64,000 bases of DNA, taken from positions 115,444,001-115,508,000 of the forward strand of contig NC_043000.1 in NCBI RefSeq assembly GCF_006345805.1, in the 5' to 3' direction. Positions 49,174 to 61,000 of this stretch are shown here, piece by piece. The first letter of the stretch is position 1, and each line of letters starts with the position of its first letter. The translations under genes and the position numbers were made by a program. The notes beneath the pieces were generated by a model that searched no databases, was not told the origin of the DNA, and worked only from the letters and a program-made list of their open reading frames with translations. Source of the DNA: Octopus sinensis (taxonomy: Eukaryota).

Positions 49174-51292
49174 CTGAAAATTCAGGAAACACCAATTTAG
49201 AGTGTATAACAATAATTGAAGTCCAGGAAAAGAGAGAGGTAAAAATATCTTTTATCCTGTTTTTTTTTACAGCTGTTTGATATACGACGGGCTTCTTTCA
49301 GTTTCCGTCTACCAAATCCACTCACAAGCCTTTGGTCGGCCCGAGGCTATAGTAGACGACACTTGCCCCAGGTGCTACGCAGCGGGACTGAACCCGGAAC
49401 CATGTGGTTGGTAAACAAGCTACTTACCACACAGCCACTCTACATTAGAAGAATTAATATGGAAGAATCACCAGAAGAACATACTTAATTATTATATAGA
49501 ATATATTAAAATACATAACTACATTAAAAACATATGAATATATAGATATATTAAAAATACATAAATATATTAAAATATATCAAAGATGTATAAATATATT
49601 TCATCATCATCGTTTAACGTCCGACCAAAGCTGTGTGAGTGGATTTGGTAGATGGAAACTGAAAGAAGCTTGCCGTGTGTGCATATATATATATATATGT
49701 ATGTATAAAAACTTACTTGGAGAAAAGAAATGAAACGACGTGAGGGCGCTCAGTCATATATATATGTATGTATATATTTGTGTGTCTGTGTTTGTTCCCC
49801 CACTATCACTTGACAACCAATGTTGGTGTGTTTATGTCCCCATAACTAAGTGGTTCAACAAAAAAGACCGATAGAATAAGCACAAGGCATACAAAGAATA
49901 AGTCCTGGGGTTGATTTTTTTGACTAAAGGCAGTGCTCCAGCATGGGTGCAGCCAAGTGACTGAAGCAAGTAAAATATAAAAAATATATATATATAAATG
50001 ATGGGCTTTTTTCAGTTTCCGTTTATAAAATTCACTCAGAGGGTTTTGGCTGGCCCAGGGCTCAAGTAGAAGACACGTGTTCAGGGTGCCACATAGTGGA
50101 ACTGAACCTGAGACCATGTGGTTGCAAAACAAACTTGTTACCACACAGCCACATCAGCGCTTAAAAAAAAAAAAAATATAATAATGACAATGATAATATA
50201 TAAACATACAAGCATGAATATAATTACATGGTATACATTAACAGTTAAGTTTTTAAATGAAGATTATATACTTAGGAGTCCTAATCTAGGAGAGCTAAAG
50301 AAAACACCACTCTCTGCCTACCACTAAACCTAAACTAGTGGATGTCCTGGATTAAAGCTGATAAACGTCTTATATAGGCAATTTGCATAAATTTCTGTGA
50401 ATCAGTGTTCCAGTTGTTCAGTGCAAAGAATTGTGTCATTCCAGATACTTTGAGTAGCAGAATACGCACATACACAGAGTATAGATCTATTTTATTCATT
50501 TCATCCTTTGACTGCAGTCATTTCGGGGTATCGTCTTGTCAAGCCAAGCAAGATTGCAGTTGTGGTTGATGCCAGTGGTGGTGGCACCCACTACATGCAT
50601 GTGGTTGCAGTGGGTATGTTGGAGAGGTTGGCATTAGGAAGGGCATCCAACTGTAGAAGCCATGCCAAATCAGATTGGAACTTGGTGTGGCTCTCCAGCT
50701 TACCAGTTTTCAGTCAAACCCATGCCAACATAGAAAACGGACATTAAACAATGATGATGATAGCCCACATTACTTTATAAGGAGAATAGGGCCAGTTTCC
50801 CAGTTTCTCTGATGTATATGTTCCTCCTCTGACAGGACACCGGTCAGTCGCATGAGAACTCCTTTTCAACCAGCTGAGTGGACTGAGGCAATGTGAAATG
50901 AAGTGTTTTACTAAAAAAACACAATGCATTGCCCCATCCAGGAATTGAAACCAACACCATAACCACAAAGACATGTGCCACTGTAAAACTCGACCTCAAA
51001 ATAAGTTTCCAGCTAACCCATGCTAGCATGGAAAAAAAACCTGATATAAAAACAAATGAACAAATAGACACATTTAAATGTTTTCTATCTATAAAAGATG
51101 TGTATATAGATATGCGTGTGTGTGTGTGTGTGTATATATATATATGATTTTTTCTGTGTCCTTTTCTGTAGAAGAGCGTAGGCTCGAAATGTAAAAGACT
51201 TTTTCTATTCCTGAGCGTTATACTAATACATCTGTTTGTTCTGTACACCACATGTCTTCGTCTTTTGTCTTTTTCGTAAACTCTCCCTATAT

Positions 51293-51342
<50 letters not shown>

Positions 51343-51344
<2 letters not shown>

Positions 51345-52096
51345 CATACATACATACAGAAAGAGAGAAAAAAAGGTCGCCAGAATTTTGGAAAATCTTT
51401 TTATTGATTCATTATTATTAGCGCTTTCGTTTGTTTCTCAAACTTGTCAAATAGAATTTTGTGAGTGTACAAACAAGCTGTTTGTACATTCACAAAATTC
51501 TATTTACCAAGTTCGAGAAACAAACGAAAGCACTAATAATAATGAATAAAGAAAAAGATTTTTCCTCAAATTCTAGCGACCGTTCTTCTCAGTATTCAAT
51601 ATCTGTACACCACACGTAACCACTCTATAATACATACATAGATCCAAAACATTCGAGAGAGGAAGGACAAATACATTTACAATTAAATATTTTCCATTAA
51701 TTGCATGTAATGCATAAAACTGGTCGACAAAGACAACAAAAGAGAATAATGGAAAGTTGCTTGCAAATATATCAAGGTATGAAAATAGACAAACAGTTCA
51801 ACAATGGTAAATACTCTGATGTTATGTTACTATTCCAGACATTCCTGAGAGATAGAGATAGATAGATAGATAGATAGGTAGAGAGAGAGAGAGAGATCTT
51901 GCAAAGAAAGATAAGGTAGATAATAAAGAGGTGAAGGTAAGGAGTGGCTTTAGATTAATCCTTTTACATACTTATACAGGATTTAACATCAATTACATTT
52001 GAATCTATTTCAGATCATATTACTGAATTTTCAGAGAGAAACTATATATACAAACAGAGTGGAAATAGATAAGTGTGTGCATACGCGTGCGCATAT

Positions 52097-52144
<48 letters not shown>

Positions 52145-52910
52145 ATATATTATATATACATACATACATACAGAAAAGAGAAAAAAAGGTCGCCAGAATT
52201 TTGGAAAATCTTTTTATTGATTCATTATTATTAGCGCTTTCGTTTGTTTCTCAAACTTGTCAAATAGAATTTTGTGAGTGTACAAACAAGCTGTTTGTAC
52301 ATTCACAAAATTCTATTTACCAAGTTCGAGAAACAAACGAAAGCACTAATAATAATGAATAAAGAAAAAGATTTTTCCTCAAATTCTAGCGACCGTTCTT
52401 CTCAGTATTCAATATCTGTACACCACACGTAACCACTCTATAATACATACATAGATCCAAAACATTCGAGAGAGGAAGGACAAATACATTTACAATTAAA
52501 TATTTTCCATTAATTGCATGTAATGCATAAAACTGGTCGACAAAGACAACAAAAGAGAATAATGGAAAGTTGCTTGCAAATATATCAAGGTATGAAAATA
52601 GACAAACAGTTCAACAATGGTAAATACTCTGATATTATGTTACTATTCCAGACATTCCTGAGAGATAGAGATAGATAGATAGATAGATAGGTAGAGAGAG
52701 AGAGAGAGAGATCTTGCAAAGAAAGATAAGGTAGATAATAAAGAGGTGAAGGTAAGGAGTGGCTTTAGATTAATCCTTTTACATACTTATACAGGATTTA
52801 ACATCAATTACATTTGAATCTATTTCAGATCATATTACTGAATTTTCAGAGAGAAACTATATATACAAACAGAGTGGAAATAGATAAGTGTGTGCATACG
52901 CGTGCGCATA
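51343..52910. repeat. ~0.8-kb tandem duplication (51343-52095 / 52157-52910)
   Basis: Near-identical copies offset by 813-815 bp, bounded by (TA)n. Confidence 0.95.
51365..51590. repeat. 226-bp imperfect palindrome (duplicated at 52178-52403)
   Basis: Centred on gtacaaac-aagct-gtttgtac. Confidence 0.85.
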
Positions 52911-52912
52911 TA

Positions 52913-52944
<32 letters not shown>

Positions 52945-53130
52945 GTGTAAAATGAGAAAATGGAGAAATATATCTAAATCAATCATCAACTATCAGATAA
53001 TACCGAATCATATACTTTATTAAAACACTACACAATAGCAATGAGATTAGACATTAATACAGTACAATAATTACAATCAATATGGTGAGATATAACTAAA
53101 TAAATATAACAAGATATAAAAATACATATA

Positions 53131-53256
53131 CATTATAACTGACAGCTGTTTCGGCCATGAAGATAGGTATGTCTCATTTAACCTATTTGCCATATATTGC
53201 AGGTATAAATGAGATATTAACAAGAATATCTTACGGCCTCTTCGGAAATTCTAATG
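53131..53256 (-). ncRNA. Degenerate hammerhead-like motif (U4C) in left arm of palindrome
   Basis: CCGAAGA-GGCC...GGCC-GAAACAGCUGUC with a stem I to cattagaattt. Confidence 0.5.
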
Positions 53257-53373
53257 CAAGTATGAGTACAAACCCTTGTATATGTATATGTATATATATG
53301 TAAGGATATGAGTATGTATGCACTCATATTTATATTTATATGTAAATTATTTTAGGGTTTGTACTCATACTTG

Positions 53374-53499
53374 CATTAGAATCTCCGAAGCGGCCGTAAG
53401 ATATTCTTGTTAATGTTTCATTTATACCTGCAATATATGGCTAATAGGTTAAATGAGACATACCTATCTTCATGGCCGAAACAGCTGTCAGTTATAATG
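53374..53499 (+). ncRNA. Degenerate hammerhead-like motif (U4C, A9C) in right arm of palindrome
   Basis: CCGAAGC-GGCC...GGCC-GAAACAGCUGUC; stem I cattagaatct/agttataatg. Confidence 0.45.
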
Positions 53500-53851
53500 T
53501 ATATGTATTTTTATATCTTGTTATATTTATTTAGTTATATCTCACCATATTGATTGTAATTATTGTACTGTATTAATGTCTAATCTCATTGCTATTGTGT
53601 TGTGTTTTAATAAAGTATATGATTCGGTATTATCTGATAGTTGATGATTGATTTAGATATATTTCTCCATTTTCTCATTTTGTATTATTAATTTATGGTA
53701 AAAATAATTTTACCTTTGCCCACCTAATACAGTAAATGAATTAATCGCATCGCAATTTTTAACATTTATGTATTAGCTTTGTTGGGTACTTCTCTAGCAG
53801 TATATTGGATATATGTTATCCCATGGAGGGTTGAATTTACAACCCCTATCT

Positions 53852-53912
<61 letters not shown>

Positions 53913-56494
53913 GATAATAATAATATTAGGGAGTATGTCCAAACTTACAGGGAAAAATTAGATTTAGGATTAAATCAAATTTCACAGTATAAATATAAAG
54001 TAAATTAGAGATAAAACCACTATTAAGCAACTCAAACAGTAATAGACATAAACCAATTGACTGAAAACTGGTAAGCTGAGGAACCACACCAAGTTCCAAT
54101 CTGATTTGGCATGGTTTCTACAGTTGTATGCCCTTCCTAATGCCAACCACTCCAATATATATATATTATATATAATATTAATTATATTTATATTATTTGT
54201 TATTTATACATTGGCTTATGTCTATCACTGTTTGAATTGCTTAATAATGGTTTTATCTCTAATTTAATTTATATATATATATATATATAAATAAATAAAT
54301 AAATATATATATCATCTTCATTATCATCATCATTGTTTAACGTCTGCTTTCCATGCTAGCATGGGTTGGACGATTTGACTGAGGACTGGCGAACCAGATG
54401 GCTGCGCCAGGCTTCAATCTGGTCTGGCAGAATTTCTACAGCTGGATGCCCTTCCTAACGCCAACCACTCCGAGAGTGTAGTGGGTGCTTTTAAAGTGCC
54501 ACCGGCACGAGGGCCAGTCTGGCGGTACTGCCAACAGTCATGCTCGAAAATGGTGTTTTTTATGTGCCACCTGCACAGGAGCCAGTTTAGCAGCACTGGC
54601 AACGACCTCGCTCGAATGTTTTGTTCACATGCCAGTGAGGTGACGCTGACAACGATCATGCTCAAATGGTGCTCTTTACATACCAGACAGCTGCTCTGGC
54701 AGTGATCCCACTCGGATTGAGCTGTTAGCGCTCAACTGGCATGGGTGCCAGTCATTGAATTTGCTTCAATTTCGATTTCACTTGCCCCCAACAGGTCTTC
54801 AGATAGATAGATAAATAGATAATATATATTCACACACATGATTCACAGACACATATACAGTTGAACATAAAGCATATTTTTGTTGAATTGCACAGCTTTT
54901 GTTACAAATATTTTTCAAAATGAAGAATTTAGTAAAACAACTTTGTCATTTTACTAAGCTGGTGTTTGGAACATATTTCTAGATACCTTTTAGTATTAAA
55001 ATTTTACAAGAGGGGTGGCGTGGACAAACAAAATAAAGAGGTACTCAATACATTTTGTAGGTGTTACATATATCTGCTCAGCTGAGCCCAGTAAGCTAGG
55101 ATTCTGTAAGAAGCTTAAAAAAATTTAACCCTTTCGTTACTGTATTATTTTGAAGTGCTCTTTGTTTCTTTCAATTAATTTTTAAAATAACAAAGAATTT
55201 AGTAAAATAACTTAGTTATCATTAAGCTGGTGTTAGGAACATAAATTGTGACTAATTTTGGTGGAAGATTTTAATCCCAAACCCATGAAAATAAGACATT
55301 TGTAATACAGAGCCAGAGAGGGTTTCAGCTAGGCTGGTGTTGATGGTGTAAATAATAATATATACACATATTCAAGCATGGTCGATGCCAGTGCTGCCTG
55401 ACTGGTCCTGTACTGGTGGCACATAAAAAGCACTACATGAATGTGATTGTTGCCAGTGCTGCCTCATTGGCTCCTGTGCCAGTGGCACGTAAAAAGCACC
55501 ATTCGACCGTGATTGTTGCCAGTACTGCCTGTCTGGCTCCCATACCGTTGGCACATAGAAAGCACCATTTGAGTGTGATTGTTGCCAGTACTGCCTGACT
55601 GGCTCCCATGCTAGTGGCACCCAAAAAGCACCATTAAAACGTGGTTGATGCCAGTACCACCTGACTGGCCCTACCAGCTGTAGACACTTTGCCAGATTGA
55701 ATTGGGGCCTGGTGCAGCCTTCTGGCTCACCAGCCCTCAGTCAAGCTGGCCAACCCATGCCAGCATGGAAAGCGGATGTTAAACGACGATGATGATATTC
55801 ATAGAGGCACAGGCATGGCTGTGTGGTAAGAAATTTGCTTCCCAACCACAAGGTTTTGGTTTCAGTCCCACTGTGTGGCACCTTGGGCAAGTATCTTATT
55901 CTATAGCCCTGGGTCAGCCAGAGCCTTGTGAATGGATTTAGTAGATGGGAGCCAAAAGAAGCTTGTTTTGTGTGTGTGTGTGTATGGATGGGATCAAAAG
56001 TACTAGGCTTTTAAAAACATATGTGCTGGGGTACTTTGTTAGACTAAAGACACTTTAAAGCAGTGCCCCAGTATGGCCACAACCCTATGCCAGAAACAAA
56101 AGATAAAAGCTATATATATAACACACACACAACCCTAACTGGTTGGGATGACATACACCGACAATGTTATATTAACAGATGCAGCCGACCAATTAACAAA
56201 TCAATAGCAGGGTGGAGGTGGGGGTGATAGGAAAGCAGAAGACATCAATAGAAAGCTGGATTGAAGAGATTAGACACACACACACACACAAATATTCATT
56301 TATCGGTTTTGTAATTGGACCATGTCCATACTAAGATACTAACATTGCTGATCAGATCAGCCCGGTATTTTTAGCATTGGTACTTATTTTATTGGTTACT
56401 AATAATTCAACCCGCTAACTCAAACACCTATTTAGCTCAGTCAACACAAATAAATGCAGACACACATGTACTCTAGTTGATGATGATGATGATG

Positions 56495-56765
56495 TATATA
56501 TACATATGATGGCTGCCCCCTCGTTATCAAGTATGGCCATTGCATGAAGCTTAACTGTTATTGGTGCTGTGACTTTTTAGCCCAGCTAAAGATCTACAAT
56601 GTCTTGTACAGAATTGGCAGCTAAAACCTTTACCGGCAATAGCCGGCTGGCTGTAGCTGTAACTGGGCTTCATGTACCTTTGCATGTCGTTTAAGTCCTC
56701 CCGCCGAATTACACTTTCTTCCACATGCCCAACAGATATGATTAGTATGGTGTGATACTGTTAAT
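56495..56765 (-). mobile_element. LINE 3' end encoding two C2H2 zinc fingers (RTE/RTEX-like)
   Basis: CWACGRKCNSAGGLKRHAKVH; frameshifted CQFCTRHCRSLAGLKSH; GCAGCCATCAT then a (CAT)n tail. Confidence 0.65.
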
Positions 56766-57122
56766 ATATACATACAGACACATGGGCAGATTCGATCAGT
56801 AATTCCCAAATTTTTTCAGGCTGCTACCCCCTTCACACTCGAGCCACATTCCTAGCGCCAATCCCCAACCAAACTCAGCACCACAAATGCAGACCACTCT
56901 CTGCAGCAAATTCAAAACAACAGTATTTCACAAATAAAAACATAACTTATTTGACCCATTTTTTAGGGGGTGGGGTGGGGTTTACATCCACAACACCACC
57001 CTCCAGTCACCCTATTATTGCCCTACCTTTCTTCAACAACCCCTCTTCATCTTTCCACTGGATCAGATGAACATCAATTTTAGGAGTGCAGATTCAGGGA
57101 CAAAAATCTTTGAGAGAATTAA

Positions 57123-57331
57123 CCCTTTAGTATTCAGGTTATTCTCACAAACGGAATGGCTTATTTATCCATATTGCTTTGAATTAATCATGCATTGAAA
57201 TTTTGATGATGTGATTGTTTGTTTTCTGAAAGAAATTATAGGGTAGATGGCAGGGGCCCAGATCTGGTCAATTTGAACATAAAACAAGTAGAATATTTGG
57301 GTTGGATGTGGTTGGTTTAAATGCTAAAGGG
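57123..57331. mobile_element. Second piggyBac-type MITE family (partial copies ~19410-19570, 20800-20960, 36880-37095)
   Basis: TTAA-CCCTTTAG ... CTAAAGGG-TTAA. Confidence 0.8.
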
Positions 57332-57571
57332 TTAATGTAGGTAATATTGAAGCCAATCTAGCAGTGCATTACAAAACATACACACACACACATATATATA
57401 TATATACGACGGGCTTCTTTCAGTTTCCGTCTACCAAATCCACTCACAAGGCTTTGGTCGGCCCGACGCTATAGTAGAAGACACTTGCCCAAGGTGCCAC
57501 GCAGTGGGACTGAACCTGGAACCATGTGGGTTTAATACTTGAACTATGGGTTAAAAAAGCATTATTATATA

Positions 57572-57742
57572 GGCGCAGGAGTGGCTGTGTGGTAAGTAGC
57601 TTGCTTACCAACCACATGGTTCTGGGTTCAATCCCACTGCGTGGCGCCTTGGGCAAGTGTCTTCTATTATAGCGTCAGGCCGACCAAAGCCTTGTGAGTG
57701 GACTTGGTGGACGGAAACTGAAAGAAGCCCGTCGTATATATG

Positions 57743-57824
<82 letters not shown>

Positions 57825-58025
57825 TTGTGTGTCTGTGTTTGTGCCCCCAACATCGCTTGACAACCGATGCTGGTGTGTTTATGTCCCCATAACTTAGCAG
57901 TTCGGCAAAAGAGACCGATAGAATAAGTATTAGGCTTACAAAGAATAGGTCCTGGGGTCGATCTGCTCGACTGAAGGCTGCGCTCCAGCAGGGCCGCAGT
58001 CAAATGACTGAAACAAGTAAAGAGA
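57572..58025 (+). mobile_element. Full-length tRNA-derived SINE (family A/B) with internal (TA)n/(TG)n; many other copies, e.g. 9778-10090, 22060-22310, 59215-59600
   Basis: A-box-like TGGCTGTGTGG, B-box-like GGTTCAATCCC, CORE-like ccttgggcaagtg, CR1-like 3' stem-loop. Confidence 0.9.
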
Positions 58026-61000
58026 GTGTAATTGGACATAAAGCAAGAAAATACAATGTTTAATCGTAATGAATTAGCTGGTACAAGTGAACATAACCAG
58101 TCTGTTGTTATAATCCCTTTTAAGTAGAAGTAATAATAATAATAATAATAAATTTTTTTTTATTGTCCACAAGGGGCTAAACATAGGGGGGACAAACAAA
58201 GGGATTAAGTTGATTCTCACAATATTGTATACTGTACAATGTCTGTAATAATAATAATTATTATTATTATTATTACAGACGTACAGTATACAATATTGTG
58301 AGGTTATTGATTGAAGGTATTGCCTACAGGAGGTTTGTGCTGTTTATCAAGTCACAACAAGGATCTCAGACAGACAGTACTTTATGAAATATGCGTGTGA
58401 GCTGGCAGAATCGTTAGCATGCCGGGCGAAATGCTTAGTGGTATTTCATCTGCCGTTATGTTCTGAGTTCAAATTCCGCGGAGGTCGACTCTGCCTTTCA
58501 TCCTTTCAGGGTCGATAAATAAAATACCGGTTAAGCAATGGGGTCAATGTCATCAGCGGACACTAAATGATGATGATGACATTGACCCCATTACTTAAAG
58601 GATGAAAGGCAGAGTTGACCTCCGTGGAATTTGAACTCAGAACATAACGGCAGATGAAATACCACTAAGCATTTCACCCGGCGTGCTAACAATTCTGCCA
58701 GCTCGCCGCCTTTAATATTGGTTTCAAACTTTGGCAGAAGGCCAACAATTTCAGGGAAGAGCTTAAGCTGATTCCAGTGACCCCAGTGCTCAAATGGTAC
58801 TTATTTTATTGACCCCAAAACGATGAAAGGTAAAGTCAACTCCAGCAACATTTGAACCCAGAACATAAAGATGGATGAAATGCGACTAAACATTTTGTCA
58901 GACACCCTAATGATTCTGCCAAGCTCCCTACTTTAATAATTATATCCTTTCTATTAAAGGCACAAGACCTGAAATTGGGGGGGGGGGAGACTAGTTGAAT
59001 ACATTAACTCCAATGTTTCACTGGTACTTAATTTATCATCCCCAAAAGGAAGAAAGGCAAAGCTAACCTCAGCGGAATTTGAACTCAGAATGTAGCTCCC
59101 TACTTGAATAATAATAATTATAATAATAAGTCTCTGAACGAGGTATAATAATGTTTAAATATTATTATGAAGTCAGGCTAAGTAGATGTGACCATCTGGA
59201 TTAAAATGAGCCTACTCTCTTCAGTCATTTGACTGTGGCCATGCTGGAGCACCACCTTTAGTCGAGCAAATCGACCCCAGGACTTATTCTTTATAAGCCT
59301 AGTACTTATTCTATTGGTCTCTTTTGCCGAACCACTAAGTTACGAGGATGTAAACACACCAGCATCGGTTGTCAAGCGATGTTGGGGAGACAAGCACGGA
59401 CACATAAACATATACACACACACATAAATATATATATACATATATACGACGGGCTTCTTTCAGTTTCCATCTACCAAATCCACTCACAAGGCTTTGATCG
59501 GCCCGAGGCTATAGAACAAGACACTTGCCCAAGGTGCCACACAGTGGGACTGAATCCAGAACCATGTGGTTTGTAAGCAAGATACTTACCACACAGTCAC
59601 TCATATGCCTATGGAAGTGAAGGACAAAAATTAGCTTTATGTGAGGCCCAAGTTCACATACAGGATATTTTTGAAATATTTATTTTTTTAAAAAAGTGCA
59701 TTGTACAGATCACCTCATATAGTGTATACATATACACGTATACATAGTTGTAGACGTTACAGTAAGGTTAAGAAGTTCAACTCAGCAGCCATTTGGGTCT
59801 GGTTTCACTGCATGTTATATTGGGAAACTGTCTTCAATCACTACTCTTATGTTGATCAAAGCCTTGTGAATGAAATTTGGTAGATGGAAACTGTACAGAA
59901 GCCTACAATATATAGTGTGTATATGTTCCTTCTCGAGCCATGCCTGAATCATAAGAGCCGGTTTCCTGGTTTCCTTGGTGTATAGGTTCCCCACCTGGAT
60001 GGGACGCCGGTCCGTCACAGGTGAGCTGCTAGATGCAGGAGGAAAGAGTGAGAGAAAGTTGTGGCGAAAGAGTCAGCAGAAGTTTGCCATTACCTTCTGC
60101 CGGAGCCTCGTGGAACTTATAAACACACACATCGCCCGGTCTGAGATTCGAACCTGTGATCCTTCGACCACGTGGAGCTCATAAACACACACATCGCCTG
60201 GTCTGAGATTCGAACCCATGATCCCTCAACTGCGTGGAGCTCATAAACACACACATCGCCCGGTCTGAGATTCGAACCCGCAATCCCTCGACTGTGAGTC
60301 CGCTGCTCTAATCACTAGGCCATGTGCCTCCACAGTGTGAAAATGTGTGCATCTCTGCATGGATATTACTTAGCCAATGTCAGCAACATTAAATCCAGCT
60401 GTTTCATGGGTTGATGTGCAAAACAGTGTGTGTGTGTGCGTGCGTGCTATCTTGACATCATGTGATGGTTATAAGAAAGCATGCTGTTTGTTTTCCTGTC
60501 TTCTGTGAAAAATATTACATTGCTTTGAAATAGGTGAGAGCAACAGGAACGGCATGAGGCTTACAGAAAATCTTGTCTGACCCGTGAACATATGGAAAAG
60601 TGGATGTAAGTCTAGTACTTATTCTATCGGTCTCTTTTGCCAAACTGCTAAGTTATGGGGACGTAAACACACCAGCATCAGTTGTCAAGCGATGTTGGGG
60701 GAACAAACACAGACACATAAACATATACGCACACACATAAATATATATATATATATATATACATACATATATATGACAATGAATATGATACACATATGCT
60801 GCCCATATCTTAAACAAATTAAGTTTTAATTACTCAAGGAGAGTACCTATGTAACCACACAACATGCTAGAAACAATAGCCAAACCATACTAAAATCACA
60901 GTCTACCATCTCACTAAAAGGAAGAATAATACATTAGATAATTTATTCCTAGGTGAACTATATCTGGAAAAAAAAAAAAAAGATGTGATGGTCATGGCTT

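Larger units (their letters stand above)
52949..53681. repeat. 733-bp inverted repeat (328-bp arms, 77-bp spacer), probable inverted Penelope-like terminal repeats
   Basis: Arms 52949-53276 and 53354-53681 are near-perfect reverse complements. Confidence 0.9.

Noticed and set aside
49717-49757. Alternative TTC27 first exon (ATG...|gtaagt)
   Set aside because: It ends in phase 2 whereas exon 2 needs phase 1; the phase-1 frame starts with TGA
51999-52362. ORFs rich in YI/IY, poly-T, poly-V or poly-H runs here and throughout the track
   Set aside because: These are translations of (TA)n, (TAC)n and (CAT)n microsatellites and SINE/LINE UTRs
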